A stretch of DNA of 64,000 nucleotides from Rhizodiscina lignyota. Its lineage: Eukaryota. How positions within the stretch are numbered: the stretch's first letter is position 1; every line of letters starts with the position of its first letter. The stretch covers positions 124,001 to 188,000 of the forward strand of contig ML978134.1 of NCBI GenBank assembly GCA_010015805.1, read 5' to 3'. Below, piece after piece: positions 1 through 11,784 of this stretch. The translations under genes were made by a program, and so were the position numbers. Under the pieces are notes generated by a model. That model was not told where the DNA came from and searched no databases. It saw nothing but the letters and a program-made list of their open reading frames with translations.

Positions 1-1540
1 AATCCCCCGAAATCGTTGAATTTGAGCACGCAGGAGCTCTGACACGAAGTCGCCGAGTATGTAAGTTTGCGGCTCTTCTCCTTGTTGGCGGATCGCTGCC
101 TGGTGGCTCGGGGTATCGTTCGTGCAACCGCATGATATCCTTCTCAGCTTCACGAATCAATTTCCCAAACCCGTCGGGCGGAGTCTGATACAAGTGACGA
201 AACTCGAAAAGTGGAACTTGTCGATCGCTGTTGTACATTCTCTCCAATTTCCTCCCCCAGCCGCCAATGGAGCCGTCGATGACTTGGTCAACCCATGTTA
301 GCAAATCAGGATTCCGGCCTTTGCGGTTGTCACTATGTGTAATGCCGTCAATCCAATTCTTAACTGTTTGTTCTCTGTGTTCACCCGAAATGTCTTTTTC
401 TCCAAAGAACGCCAGATCCAGTCTCGTTCGCCCATAGCTGTCCCTGTGCGGTACCGGGGCTTTCTCATCTCCATCGCACCAACCCTTGTCAAGCACTGCC
501 GTGGTATCGTGCTTATCGTTCTTGTAGCAAACGAGAACGCTGACAACGCTATAGAGATCGAGTGGACTGGAGAACTTATACCTGATTTGATAGTAAAGAC
601 TTATGAAATCCGAACGAGGCATAATTGGAAGTAAATTCTTGAGACTTTGGCCTTTGGTGGCCCACCCGTCGAATACTTTTGCCCAGGATACAAGCAAGGA
701 GAAAAAGCCTAGAATATCCTGATACTTTTCCATGTCAGCGGGTTTCAGGAGGGGGTGTGCTTGAAAAAAGTCCTTTGTGACGGCGATAAGAGGAGACGAT
801 GTTCGTGCGCTGAACAACCAGCCGGCAGATTTTGAGGTAGTCCTGTATTTCACGATAAGCTCTTGAATAGCTTCCAAAGGCATAGGCGCCGTCAACTGCG
901 GTTGAAAGCGCATCTTTGTGTAATCAGGGTCCAAGAGTCCCAGGAGCTTCTTCTCAGGCTCGCGGATTCGCCAAGTACAAGGGTTTTCGTCGACGGTAAC
1001 TCGTTGACCCTGTATTGGTTTCCACTTTTTAAAATCTTTCGCGATAGCCCTGGCTGCCGGGACCGCTTGATTGTCGCCAATTTTCACCGTCTTGCCGTTA
1101 ATCCAGTATTCAGGAGTAAGGAGTTGGTTCTTGGCCAGGGTAGTATCAGCGGTGAGCACTCAATCAGAGTCCATGTCTCCTCTGCCGTCGAGCTGTTTGC
1201 CCTTGGCCGCGTTATAATCCTCATCGTCGCAATCTCCCACCATTTCAATCTTGACCTTACTAGTTTCAAGTTCCACACCGATACCTCCAGATCCATCTGT
1301 AGTGGAGCCATCCTCGTCACCGGAGCTCTCCCCCGCTGCTACTTCACTATCTTCATCTAAACCGCCAGGACATGAGCCACCCGCCGGATTCGAGGCTCTC
1401 TTAGCGTAGTCCGGAAGAACATGTCGCCTCAGAACGTCGGAACGATCCGAGGATTGAAGGGAGATGACATAGAGAGGGAGGAAAACAAGAGAAAGGACAA
1501 GTATAAGGGCCCCCTGGAGAGCAAGCGGTGTAGTCTTCAT
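1..1540 (-). pseudogene. Uncharacterised secreted/membrane-anchored fungal protein (>510 codons, 3' end outside window) interrupted by a single in-frame TGA at 1160-1162
   Basis: ATG at 1540 with hydrophobic N-terminus (MKTTPLALQGALILVLSLVFLPLYVIS). Manual translation past the TGA stays open for 386 codons to position 1 (VLTADTTLAKNQLLTPEYWINGK...QPQLTAPMPLEAI...DILGFFSLLVSWAK...IMPRSDF...IDGSIGGWG...VPLFEFRHL). No splice donor skipping the stop was seen. Confidence 0.8.
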
Positions 1541-1689
1541 GGTTTTGGAGGGGAATGGAACTGAAAAACAGGAAAATAATTTGGCATTGTGGAGATTGGA
1601 GATAGAGGAGAGAGAGCTTCTATATTTGCAGCAGAAGTGGATGAATCGGTGTAGAGTGAACATGATCCGACGCTTTAGCCTTCAGCTAC

Positions 1690-2300
1690 AGCTCCGTGAC
1701 CGCGTTCCAACATTGTGGCCACTGCCCCCAATATAGCACGGTCAACGAATGATATAGAAGACAGCTTTTGGAGGTAACAGAAGACGGTGACAATAGACGA
1801 ATAGGAAGGTAAAGTGTGTACCTCGTGCACGTAGGTGATGCAATAGAAGAAGGTCAGGATAGTGCTATGCCGTAAAACTAGCCCTAAGAAAACGGCAAGG
1901 AAGAGGTAAGCGAATGTGCCGACTGTATTGAGGACACATTCCAGCTCATCAACCCCAACTCTGTGACCGCATTGCAACGTTGTATCCGCTGTCCCCACTG
2001 TGGCACGGTCAACGAATAACGGAGAAAATACATAGACCCCGGAGGCGATAGAAAACGGTGACAACATGCGAATAAGAAGGTAAAGTATTCGCCTCGAGAA
2101 TTTAGATAATGTGATAGAAAGAAGTAAGGATAGAACTGTGCCTTAATCCCCTAGCCCCAAGACAACGGTAAGAAAGAGATAAGTAAGTATGCCAACGACA
2201 TGTACGTTAAGATACGTTCCAGCTGATTACTACTGGCTCTGTAAACACGTTCTAATACTATGTCGGCCGCTCGAAATATAGGACGGTCAACAAATAACAT
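1690..2300. repeat. Degenerate tandem repeat, ~270-bp unit, ~2.2 copies
   Basis: Anchor (C/G)ACGGTCAAC(G/A)AAT at 1737, 2004 and 2282. Shared blocks ACGGTGACAA...GAATA(G/A)GAAGGTAAAGT, AGGATAG, CTAGCCC and TTCCAGCT recur in the same order. Confidence 0.8.
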
Positions 2301-2814
2301 AAATATACCTCAGAATTGTAGAAGACGTCAATAATGGATCAATAGGGGAAGGAAGTGAGGATGTGATCTGCTGACCCCAAGAGACCGGAATGGTAAGAAT
2401 GAGACAAATGCAAACTCTCCTGGGGACATATTCCAGATCCATCGATCCACTGGTAGAGAAAATTATCTGCCATGCGGCACTGCTAAAGGCAATGAGGCAA
2501 GCGTATTGATTGTGGAGCTTCATGTTGTGGTGTAGACACGAAGAATCTCAGTGTGTTCGAGAAATCCTTCCGCCCCACCCCCGCCACTCCACAGGGGTAC
2601 TGTACTTCCCGCCACGTGATGTTGGCCTCCACATGGGTACCTCTCTTAATAATTGTATTGCAACTCTTCCATCACTCTGAAACCATCATCTCCGCCAGAC
2701 CTTTGACCTCACCTTCTCTTCATGGCAGCTCGACACTTGTGACTCTCTACCGCAGCTTTCGAATGGTGTTGATTATGCTACCATGAGAATTACTCAGGCA
2801 TCTCCCACTTCGAA

Positions 2815-3931
2815 ATGCAACCCCTACCTGTTCAACCAGCTCCATGCAGTGGAATTCGCCTTACTTGTCTTCCTGCTGAGCTTCTCGGCCATATTCTATT
2901 CAGCCTCTCAAGCCTCTCCGACGTTCTCTCTCTAGCGGCGACCTGCCAACGAGCACGAGTCATCTGCGACGACAACGCAACGTCCATATGTAGAAATATT
3001 GTCATCTACTATCGGCAAGCAAGACAACTCCTTGCGGACCAAGGTGGTCCGAAGCTTGAAGATAGACTTTTGACTCACCATGTCGCAATGATGTTGCGAA
3101 ACTGGCGTGTCATCGAAAGATCTATCACCCAGTTCGAGTGGCAAGTTGTGCGGCACATAACATGTACGTGATCCAAGCCACTGCTCCCAAGTGTCATCCA
3201 CTGTCTCTCTTATTCTTTGTTTTCCTTTTTTTCCTTCTGTGCTCTAAAATCCTCTTTCTAATGTCGGTGACGCGCCCAAAGGCACAGCCCATGTACTAAA
3301 GCGGCTATACGGCCTTGATCGACATCCATTGAGCCTCACGCCATCAGAGCGACGCCGCTTTGTCCGGTCCTACTACACAGTGTGGTCGCTTATGATTATC
3401 TCTCCAAATCTCTGGCCGTCACGCCTCGCCCCGGTCTCGTCGATCAGAGAATTTTACTACCTGACAGAGCTATGCCTTCTCCCACAATCCATCGGACGTG
3501 ATGAGAGTCTACCCCTTGTCAATTATTCGGGGACGGACTCGGATACTCACAACGACTCGGTTCTCCACTTCGTGCCTTCAGAGCAGCGTCAGAAGCTAAG
3601 AGAAGAAGTGCTGAAGCGCATTGAGCCCCTACGTGAGTATGTGCCGGATTGGATTCGGGAATGGGAACCGGTGGACCTCTCAGAGTATGGGCCGACAGAT
3701 GGTTACGGGCCGTTCGTATTGCTGTGTGATCACTTCCAGTCGTACCTGAAACAGCTGTATGGCTATTGGCCAGCGATCCCGCCGGTAAACGAAGACAACA
3801 TCTGGAGTGATAGTGAGGATGAAGACGACACCGGGAGCGATAGCAACGACCAAGACTACATCTGCAGCGATAGTGGGGACGAAGTCTATTTCTGGAGTGA
3901 TAGGGAGGATGAAATCATCGTGCTCCCGTAG
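2815..3931 (+). CDS. F-box-like domain protein with acidic repetitive C-terminus (2 exons)
   Basis: N-terminal LTCLPAELLGHILFSLSSLSDVLSLAATCQR F-box pattern. Intron GTACGT at 3164 to AG at 3281 or 3287 joins the two ORFs in frame (...HPLSLTPSERRRFVRSYY). Confidence 0.75.
3791..3910 (+). repeat. Coding 30-bp tandem repeat x4 (EDNIWSDSED/EDDTGSDSND/QDYICSDSGD/EVYFWSDRED)
   Basis: Four aligned 30-nt units read directly from the sequence. Confidence 0.9.
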
Positions 3932-6900
3932 ATCAAGTTTACACAAGAGGTCTATCACTTGATAAGACTCATGGGACAAAGTGTACATGTTGATCAATAG
4001 ACGATCATCGTCGTCGTCGAACTAATACATTCTCACACAACGCAGCAATCCTGGAATCTGCGTTGCATTGGGAACTATTCCAGATACTAATTTGGCTTCT
4101 AGACAGGCACCGAAGATCAGTACCGCACAAATCTTATCATGCTTTTCTTTGCTCGTATGCGATGTCATTCGGCACCTGTGCCGCAGAGCTGGCCGCCACC
4201 CAGCATAGCGAAAACGCTGATGATCAACTAGCCGTCCCTCGCGCCGTTCCTCAACATTTCACATGCATGATATGCAAGTCGGTGCATTCCTGTAGCTGCG
4301 GACCATTAACGCTACGCCCCTTCTGATGCTTACTCGCGTGGTGGATGTACGAAACAAAGGCCCCATCTTTCTACAAGTCGCCGTAATTCTTATTCCCTCG
4401 CTGTAGCTACAATCCTAGGCATAGTCGAAGAGGCTGCTTGCTTTCTGCGACGTAATCCACCGTGGTCGAGCGGCTATGATCAGATGGGGCGGGTTATCGG
4501 CGAGTATGCTCTTGTGGGTAATACACGTACCCCTGACGCTCCATAACGCGAGATAAAACTGACAGGGAAACTGAGAGGCGGCACAAGTCGCAAGGTAGCT
4601 AATTCCATACTGGGACTTCTCGGCTGGCCCCCTTTGGCCGATCGTCTTCCACACTGCCTGATATGCCTTCGGTCAGATCAATAGTCTCGTGCTATACGCC
4701 GACGCAATCGCCTTTAATGATAAGCTGCGAAAGCACGCTGTCCTCATGATTCGACATTGCGAGACATTGGCCCTCACAGCTCCTGGCAGCTCGATAATCT
4801 CTCCTGCAAGTGCGCCGCACGGAAGTGTGCTGGAGGTCCAGTACCCACCCTGAACCTCTTGCAAAGATTGTAGACATTTTGTCTGGAGGGTAGAGGCAGA
4901 GTTGTGCTGCAGCTGCGACGATCCGAACCAGGGAGCTGAGTAGAATGCCGGGTAAAAATTGAACAAGGTCCTCGATACTGTGCGCGCGATTTGAAGACGG
5001 ATAGATGCGTGTCCGATCGAGGTTTCAACAACAGCGCCCCCTGCCGTTGAATATGGAACTTGACTCCGTAAATAGGTATTCCAGTCCAGTCCCTAACAAT
5101 TTTGTCAGCGCGAAGTGTGTTTACGGTGTATACGCTCTATGCTGTATCTTCATCCATACCAACACCAGATGATATGAGACAGCGAAGGTCGACTCACTCA
5201 CCTCGCCTTCCTTTGTACGTGCGTCAGCATAACAGTTGATGGTGTATATGGCTCAGGCAGTGGATTGCCAGCATGGCAGTGGCCGTGGCCCCCTGTTCCT
5301 CTCACTTGTCCACCTCGAAAAATACCGGCTCGGTGGACATGAAAACTGATGCGGCATTCTCATTGCGAAAGTAGAATGGAGAATCGGAAGAGACAGTCGG
5401 GGCCAACTGGAGTTGGTGGGCAGAAGTGTTGACTAGCTTGTTCGCGGTGTTCTGCTGTCGAGACTGCTTGCTTGTGAGTTGGCTGCTGCTTAGGTTTTCG
5501 CTCATATTGATTCTCCGTCTTGTATTTCGTATTGCAATTCCATATTTTACTTCGGGCCAAACATGCCTCGCATAATGAAATTGTGAGAGCTCCGAGATAC
5601 GTGTATTTACATCTGCATAGTGTGTACGACGAGCGCCAAAGGTAACAATCCCTTAAGTGCACAAGGTCCAAGGAGAGTATTCGTCCAATTGAAATAGTGT
5701 GTACCAGAGAGTTCGACCCTCGCAGAAGGCAGCTCATTGTGAGTTCAATTAAACAATCAATTGAGGGCCGATTGAGACAACCAATCCAATGGTAGTGTAC
5801 TTCAACCCTAGCACCCAATGATAATGTATCTTAAGAGTATATAACTTTTAAGCACGGTGTTTCTCTGATCGGGTGGCTTGAGAGACAATTCGGAAGCCAG
5901 CTGAAGCTGTCTGTCTCATAATATTTCAAAGCAGTTCCTCAACCGGCTCATCTGAAGTCAAACTGTTGTCGTACGTCGGCGCTCGCGCTCCTGAAAATGT
6001 CATATCAGGAGCATGTTGCTCGCGTTGCTCCAGGGAGAGCTGACCAAGGCCCTGTTGCAGTTAAAAGCGCTTAAATCCGTTCTGATTGAAGAACTTTTTG
6101 TGGTTTTACAGAGTTGCATTGTCCCGATTAAGAATATCCGTCGTTGGTTGGCGCCCCTGAGTCCGGATCTCCACCGAAATCGCCGAATCACCGACCGGAT
6201 CTTGCGAAATATCTCGGCGATGGGTGTGCTCAGTCGTTTAGATTCTATCTTCAGTTAACTTGCATAAACTCCAAAGCCGATGCTCAGATATAGAATATAT
6301 CTACGAAAGTAGTTAATCGCCGGTGGGCGATAGAATTGGGTGGATTGTACCGAAGTTCTCGGTGCGTGAGACACCTGGAACTGCTTGGCCTCGAGCGCCT
6401 CTGACGGTCTCCGGACTCTAGCTCCTTTCGCACAACCGCCTCTGGTGTAATTCATTCTTTGCGTAAACGCATGGGATTATTAAAGCTTTATCATCTACGG
6501 AATTTAGATTGATGTATATTCCCGATCTCGTCTGGCGGAGTTGAGAGGAAGAGCTTGAGAGGACTGGACGGGCCGGCCGAAGACCGCGAAAGCCCGTTGT
6601 ACAGAGTCCCAACACTTGAGCAACGGTCTGTTTTCGTCATCAGAACCTTCAAACATGTGGGCCTTGCATAGAATGGAATGGCTTTTATGGAAAATTTATA
6701 TGTCGTATGGTAGAAGAGTATGGAGAACAGATCGAAAAGGTTGGGCCGCAAATCGACGTCAACACGATCTTCTAATATGAGCGACATCAATCTGGAAGAG
6801 GTTTGGCTAATACTATTAAGGCAGATATAACAACAAAACTGCAGCCAAGTGACTAATGTGGAGCGGCAGGAATGGACTTAAGCAACATTTCCGCGTCTAC

Positions 6901-7077
6901 TTGCGAAGCTCCCTCTCAGTATTGACAATTGATCGACCTTTTTTATTATAAGAGACTCCGGACGTTGGATAGTTGTCTCTCACACCAATCCTTTTAGTAT
7001 CTGTTTCTTAGTCCTTATCCTAGCTATAAATTCACCTCTCCATCTTTCGGCAGCCAGTACGTTCCACATCAAAAACC

Positions 7078-8244
7078 ATGACCTTACCCACAGAATATCG
7101 AGTTGTGCGAGGCGCGCCAGATAGCAAGCCTGTCATAGGCCTCGCAAAGAGCAAGGCCAAGCTTGAACCAAATGATGTTGCAATGAAGATCACCCATTCC
7201 GGATTATGTTCAACGGACCTGCATTTCATGGACAAAGATATAGTTCTGGGCCATGAAGGCGTCGGAGTCGTACAAGATGTTGGCAGCGCTGTCACCAAGT
7301 TCAAACCGTAAGCCCAAGTTGTGTTCGGCTCGTACATTACTGAGCTTACGATGTCTATAGTGGCGACCGCGTCGGCTTCGGATTCGTCAAGGACGGTTGT
7401 GGCGAATGTGAGGCGTGCCAAAAGGGACTTCACTTTCACTGCAAGGTCGCTCCGCGGAGGTTCGGCGTCGGTGATGAGAATCAAGGGTCGTTTGGCGAGT
7501 TTGCGATATGGCCTGATACCAATCTGCACAAGATTCCGGACGAGTTATCGAGCGAAGAGGCAGCACCGTTGCTGTGTGCTGGTATGTATCAGTCGGGTGA
7601 GGAAGAATCGTTACTCTGACATATTGCAACTGCAGGCATTACCGTCTTCCAGCCTCTTCAAGAGTTTGACATGAAGCAAGGCAATCGCGTTGGCATTATC
7701 GGCATAGGGGGACTAGGCCACCTGGCAATTCAGTTCGCTGCCAAGAGAGGTGCGGAGGTCGTCGTGTTTTCGAGCTCAGAAGACAAGAGAGAGGAAGCAG
7801 AATGCTTTGGTGCTTCTGAATTCTATGTCACGAAGGATCTCGCAAACAAGAAACCGGAGAAAGGTTTAGATATGCTGATCATTACCAGCACATCACATCC
7901 AGATTGGCCGACGTAAGTTCATTCAAAATATGTTTAAAATGAAGCCGGTTCTAAAATTCAGTAGGTTCCTCGGGATGTTAAACCCACGTGGTCATGTCTG
8001 CTTTTTCGAATTCACGTCCGAGGACCTCCACATGCCCTATTTGACAGTGGCCTTTAGCGAGCTTAATCTTCATGGGGGTTTGGCCAGGACGCCAAAAGAA
8101 ATTCAAGACACGCTGGAGTTTGCGGCGAAGCACGGGGTGAAGACGGCGATAGAAACTTTTCCAATGACCGAAGAAGGGACTGCAAGGGCTTTGGAGAAAT
8201 TAAAATCGGGCAAGATGAGATATCGCGGAGTATTCGAAATTTGA
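7078..8244 (+). CDS. Zn-dependent medium-chain alcohol dehydrogenase (cinnamyl-alcohol dehydrogenase/Adh6-like), 4 exons
   Basis: CSTDLH, GHEG, structural-Zn CGECEAC...C, PLLCAG, GIGGLGH. Introns 7308-7360, 7582-7635, 7913-7964. Confidence 0.93.
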
Positions 8245-8398
8245 GCTTTGTCTCCGAGACCAGTGATATCGATTAATTACATAATAGACATTCCAGTATC
8301 ATAAAGTCATGAACCAGTGCTCGAACGCTATGAAATTACGTGTGATGGATATAGTCTGAACGAATGTACGCCGACCCAGATGATCATTATGCCATGCC

Positions 8399-9301
8399 TT
8401 ACGAGGCTCGTGAAGTTTGGGAGCCCGGGGGACTGGAAGAGAAACCTGCAGGTGTATATCTTCTTGCCGCAGCAGAAGGATTCATGCTGCCATCGTACAT
8501 GGATGCCTGCTGATATCCTTGGGGAGGAGGCGAGGCATATGGATGTGCCGGTACCTGCGGGCTACGACTCTGCGGTGGAGTATACGACACGCCTGCTTGC
8601 ATGGAAGCTGATCGACCGCTATATGGGTTTTGAACGTTTGGATATGGCGCCTGTAGTTCGCTTATCAGCGCAAACTCTCTTCAACACGGAGTATTTTGGT
8701 TACTTACAGATTGAACCGGGGGTGGCATATTAGCAGCTGGGAACGAGACTTGGCGTCCATTTGGAACATTGGGATATGTCCGAGGGTTGTAAGTTGGTAC
8801 GGCCGTGGGCCCTGCTGCCGGTACTGATGGGGAGAACGATGGCGAGTACACGGGCCTATTCATGGCCTGCGGGGGATATCGGCGGTCCCAGGGGTCATAC
8901 GACTTGTCGCTGCGGTGATAGTCCCTGTCATACCCCCTCTGTCGCCTACGCCTCTCTCGACGACGTTCTTGATCTGATGACAGATCCTCTTCTTCAGAAG
9001 CGTGTGGCGAGTAGGAAGATGCTCGCCTACGGTGGCGTGGTCTGCGGTCCCGCTCATCTCGATCGTATCTCCCAGCCCTGCTGCCGTATCGATCCTCCGC
9101 TGCCTCGCTACGATGGCGACGATGGTTCCTCGAGCTCGAATCTCTATCTCTACCCCTTTCTTTGTCCTTGCTCTTATTCCTCTCATCCCCCTCTTTGTCT
9201 GGTTTGATACCATGGATGCGGTCCCACACCTTCTCCGGCACCTTGTCGGTGCCAAGCTTGATAGCCTGCAGGGCGACCTTGGTATACAATGCACTAGCCA
9301 T
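8399..9301 (-). CDS. Low-complexity hypothetical protein (Arg/Asp/Ser-rich middle, Pro/Tyr-rich C-terminus), 2 exons
   Basis: ATG 9301 (MASALYTKVALQAIKLGTDKVPEKVWDRIHG). GTAAGT intron near 8706-8652 links to the APYPNVQNPY...RAS* exon. Confidence 0.7.
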
Positions 9302-10147
9302 TTCCACAAGAGTAAATGATAATCGATACAAGAGAAATACAAAAGGGACTGGAGGGTGGTGAGCAGCGGCGTTTAAAAGTCCATGTAAAGATCAATCTGC
9401 GATGACGACGTCGTGCATATCCATCACGAAAGCAGCGTGGCGGTGAAAGCTGGAGGCCCCTGCGGAGAAACGGTGCGCACAGAATGGAACTGAACTGCCG
9501 GGATTCCCCAGGGGTGAAACGCGCGCTCTTCGAGAGGCAACAATGACCTCCGTCATCTTACAGTGTGGGGAGCAGCACAGCGCGTTTAATTGGGCGGACG
9601 CAGAATCCGCGCGCCACGTGTCGCTCTCAAGTCTTCCATTGCTGTCCACCGTGGGATTTTCGATTGCAGAAAACAACCCGATGACAGCCGCATCAGTATG
9701 CGAGGTACAAATCGATCTTGATTCCGATTGGTGCAAGACACTTTGTAAACAAAAGTGTTTTATTCTACTCTACTTAGAGTTTAAATACAGCAGTTAATGA
9801 GGTGATATGATATCAGTCGTTGTTATATCCGGTGGCTGGCGGTACGACATCGTCAGCCTCGGATAGAGCGCCGACAAAGTGGATACGCAGGGGCTGCAAA
9901 ACTTTGGAAAAACTTGGAATCGTAAGAGCACTCCGTGTTCGTGCGACGATAGAATCATCGAACTTGATTTCCTGTAATGTACATTGGGGAAACTTGCGAG
10001 TCCTGAAAACAAAACAGTGAGAGTCCCAGTGTCGTTAGTGCGCATGGATATAAGAGGTTTCTTGACGAAGCCGTTACCTAATCAACATCTTCTATCAGGG
10101 CGCACGAAGGGCTCCCGTAATGGTTGATAGAAGAACAGCAGCAGCGC

Positions 10148-11650
10148 TCAAAAGAATACAATGGTCCGAATCTCAATGCTTTCTCGCGTTGGCGGATTTG
10201 GGGGCGAGCTTGGATCTTCAAACGCGCTGTGGCCGACGAAACGAGCACGGCCATCAGTCTCAGAGTCGTACGTCTTCAGCAAAATAGCTTGATCAGGATG
10301 CATCTTTGGGAAATACCACCACTTGTGCTCTGGCGAGTAGCGCATCACATAGTTCTCGCCCTTGCGATCGCGGTACCACAAGTGCAGCTTGAAGAAGTCG
10401 TCGGGAGGCACAGAGGTGGTGTCGCACATTGCCAAAGGACGCTCCTCGACGATGTTGTGGAGAGGTTTCCACACGTTGATGAAAGCTACGCGGCGAGACA
10501 GGAGCTTCTCCGCTTCGTCCGGCAAAAGCTGGCGTACTCGCAATGGACCTGAGTCGGCGGTATAGTCGCAGTGCACCAGCATTATCGGGGCGCGCTGCGA
10601 CGTGTTGGTTTCTTGAGTGATTTTCTTGGCATCATTGACCTTAGTTCTGATTGTGTGGTCGAAGACCAGTACGCGGTTGGCTCCAACGCTCTTCTTGAGA
10701 AACTCCACGACTTCGGGATAGAACTTTGATTTGACTATCTCATCGTCCGTCCAGCTACTGAACTCTGTCTTGAAATCATGTAATGAAAAGCCTTCCCTAT
10801 CAATCGAAAAGTCTTTCGCACGGTCCCAGCCGTTATGGATTGCAACATCACGCGGATCATCCCCAGGCAAGTGGATCTCCTTCGCTTTCTCCGACTCGTA
10901 GTAGTACAGCTCTGTGAGCTTCGGATCAAGATTCTTGGTGTAATTTAGCGTTGAACGAACCTGGGAGGGACCGTTCACTGTACCGTTCGTACCATTTGGC
11001 GCCGCCATGGCAGCAAGCGTGTCGACAGGTCCCTGTGTCTTTTTCCAGCACGGGAGCTGCTCTATTCCTTCGGTCATCCATCGCTTGAGATTTGGATGCT
11101 CGTCAAGCGGCAGCTTCGCCACCCCATAAAGGTGCATCGGCGCCGCAAGTGCAATATCGGCAATTGTGACCTCATCGCCACAGATCCACTTGTGCTTTGC
11201 GAGCTGATTGTCGAGGATCGTGGCCATCTTGTGCCATTTCGTTGTCTCCGCATCGAGCACGGATTGATCTGGTGGAGCTTTCATGATCGCTTTCACCATA
11301 TTCTCGACGATGAAGACGTAGCAGGTTGGAAACCAAACAGACGCCTCCCACAGCATCCAGCGGTTGACCTGTGCACGCTTCTTCAAGTCTTTGGGATATG
11401 CAGAGTGGCCACCGTCCCGGTCTGCTGCGTACATCAGGATCGCATTGGATTCGGTGATTGGCTCGGAATCATCCGTTGCGGATGGAACAGTTCCGAAAGG
11501 ATTCAGGTCCCTCGTGTAGTGTTCATCCTTATGCTCGCGTTTAAAATAATCCACATGGTTAAAATGAAACTTGGTACCAAGCAGTTCAAGGCCAGCGAGT
11601 GCTTTGCGGCTATTGCATGTGCATGGGTCACAGTAGACTTCGAAGACCAT
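10148..11650 (-). CDS. Glutathione S-transferase (theta-like) fused to CmcJ/NvfI/AsaB-like Fe(II)/2-oxoglutarate oxygenase domain; single exon, 500 aa
   Basis: N-half: NPFGTVP, ITESNAILMY, TIADIALA (GST N and C domains). C-half: FDHTIR, VHCDYT, INVWKP, PLAMCD, HSAF, RESIEIR motifs. Confidence 0.9.
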   Translation of the reverse strand: MVFEVYCDPCTCNSRKALAGLELLGTKFHFNHVDYFKREHKDEHYTRDLNPFGTVPSATDDSEPITESNAILMYAADRDGGHSAYPKDLKKRAQVNRWMLWEASVWFPTCYVFIVENMVKAIMKAPPDQSVLDAETTKWHKMATILDNQLAKHKWICGDEVTIADIALAAPMHLYGVAKLPLDEHPNLKRWMTEGIEQLPCWKKTQGPVDTLAAMAAPNGTNGTVNGPSQVRSTLNYTKNLDPKLTELYYYESEKAKEIHLPGDDPRDVAIHNGWDRAKDFSIDREGFSLHDFKTEFSSWTDDEIVKSKFYPEVVEFLKKSVGANRVLVFDHTIRTKVNDAKKITQETNTSQRAPIMLVHCDYTADSGPLRVRQLLPDEAEKLLSRRVAFINVWKPLHNIVEERPLAMCDTTSVPPDDFFKLHLWYRDRKGENYVMRYSPEHKWWYFPKMHPDQAILLKTYDSETDGRARFVGHSAFEDPSSPPNPPTRESIEIRTIVFF

Positions 11651-11736
11651 TTTGACGCTTGGGGATTGAACTTGAGAGGGCTGGTATGAGATGTAAGACA
11701 GGAGAGGTTAAGATACCTTTTAATAAGATCTCAATA

Positions 11737-11784
11737 GCCGTCCAGAGGATGATACGGCCGTCCAAAGGATGATACGGCCATCCA
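11737..11784. repeat. 20-bp tandem duplication (GCCGTCCARAGGATGATACG x2.4) between the TATA-like box and ATG of the GST fusion gene
   Basis: Units at 11737-11756 and 11757-11776, partial third copy. TATAAA on the minus strand near 11795-11800. Confidence 0.85.
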
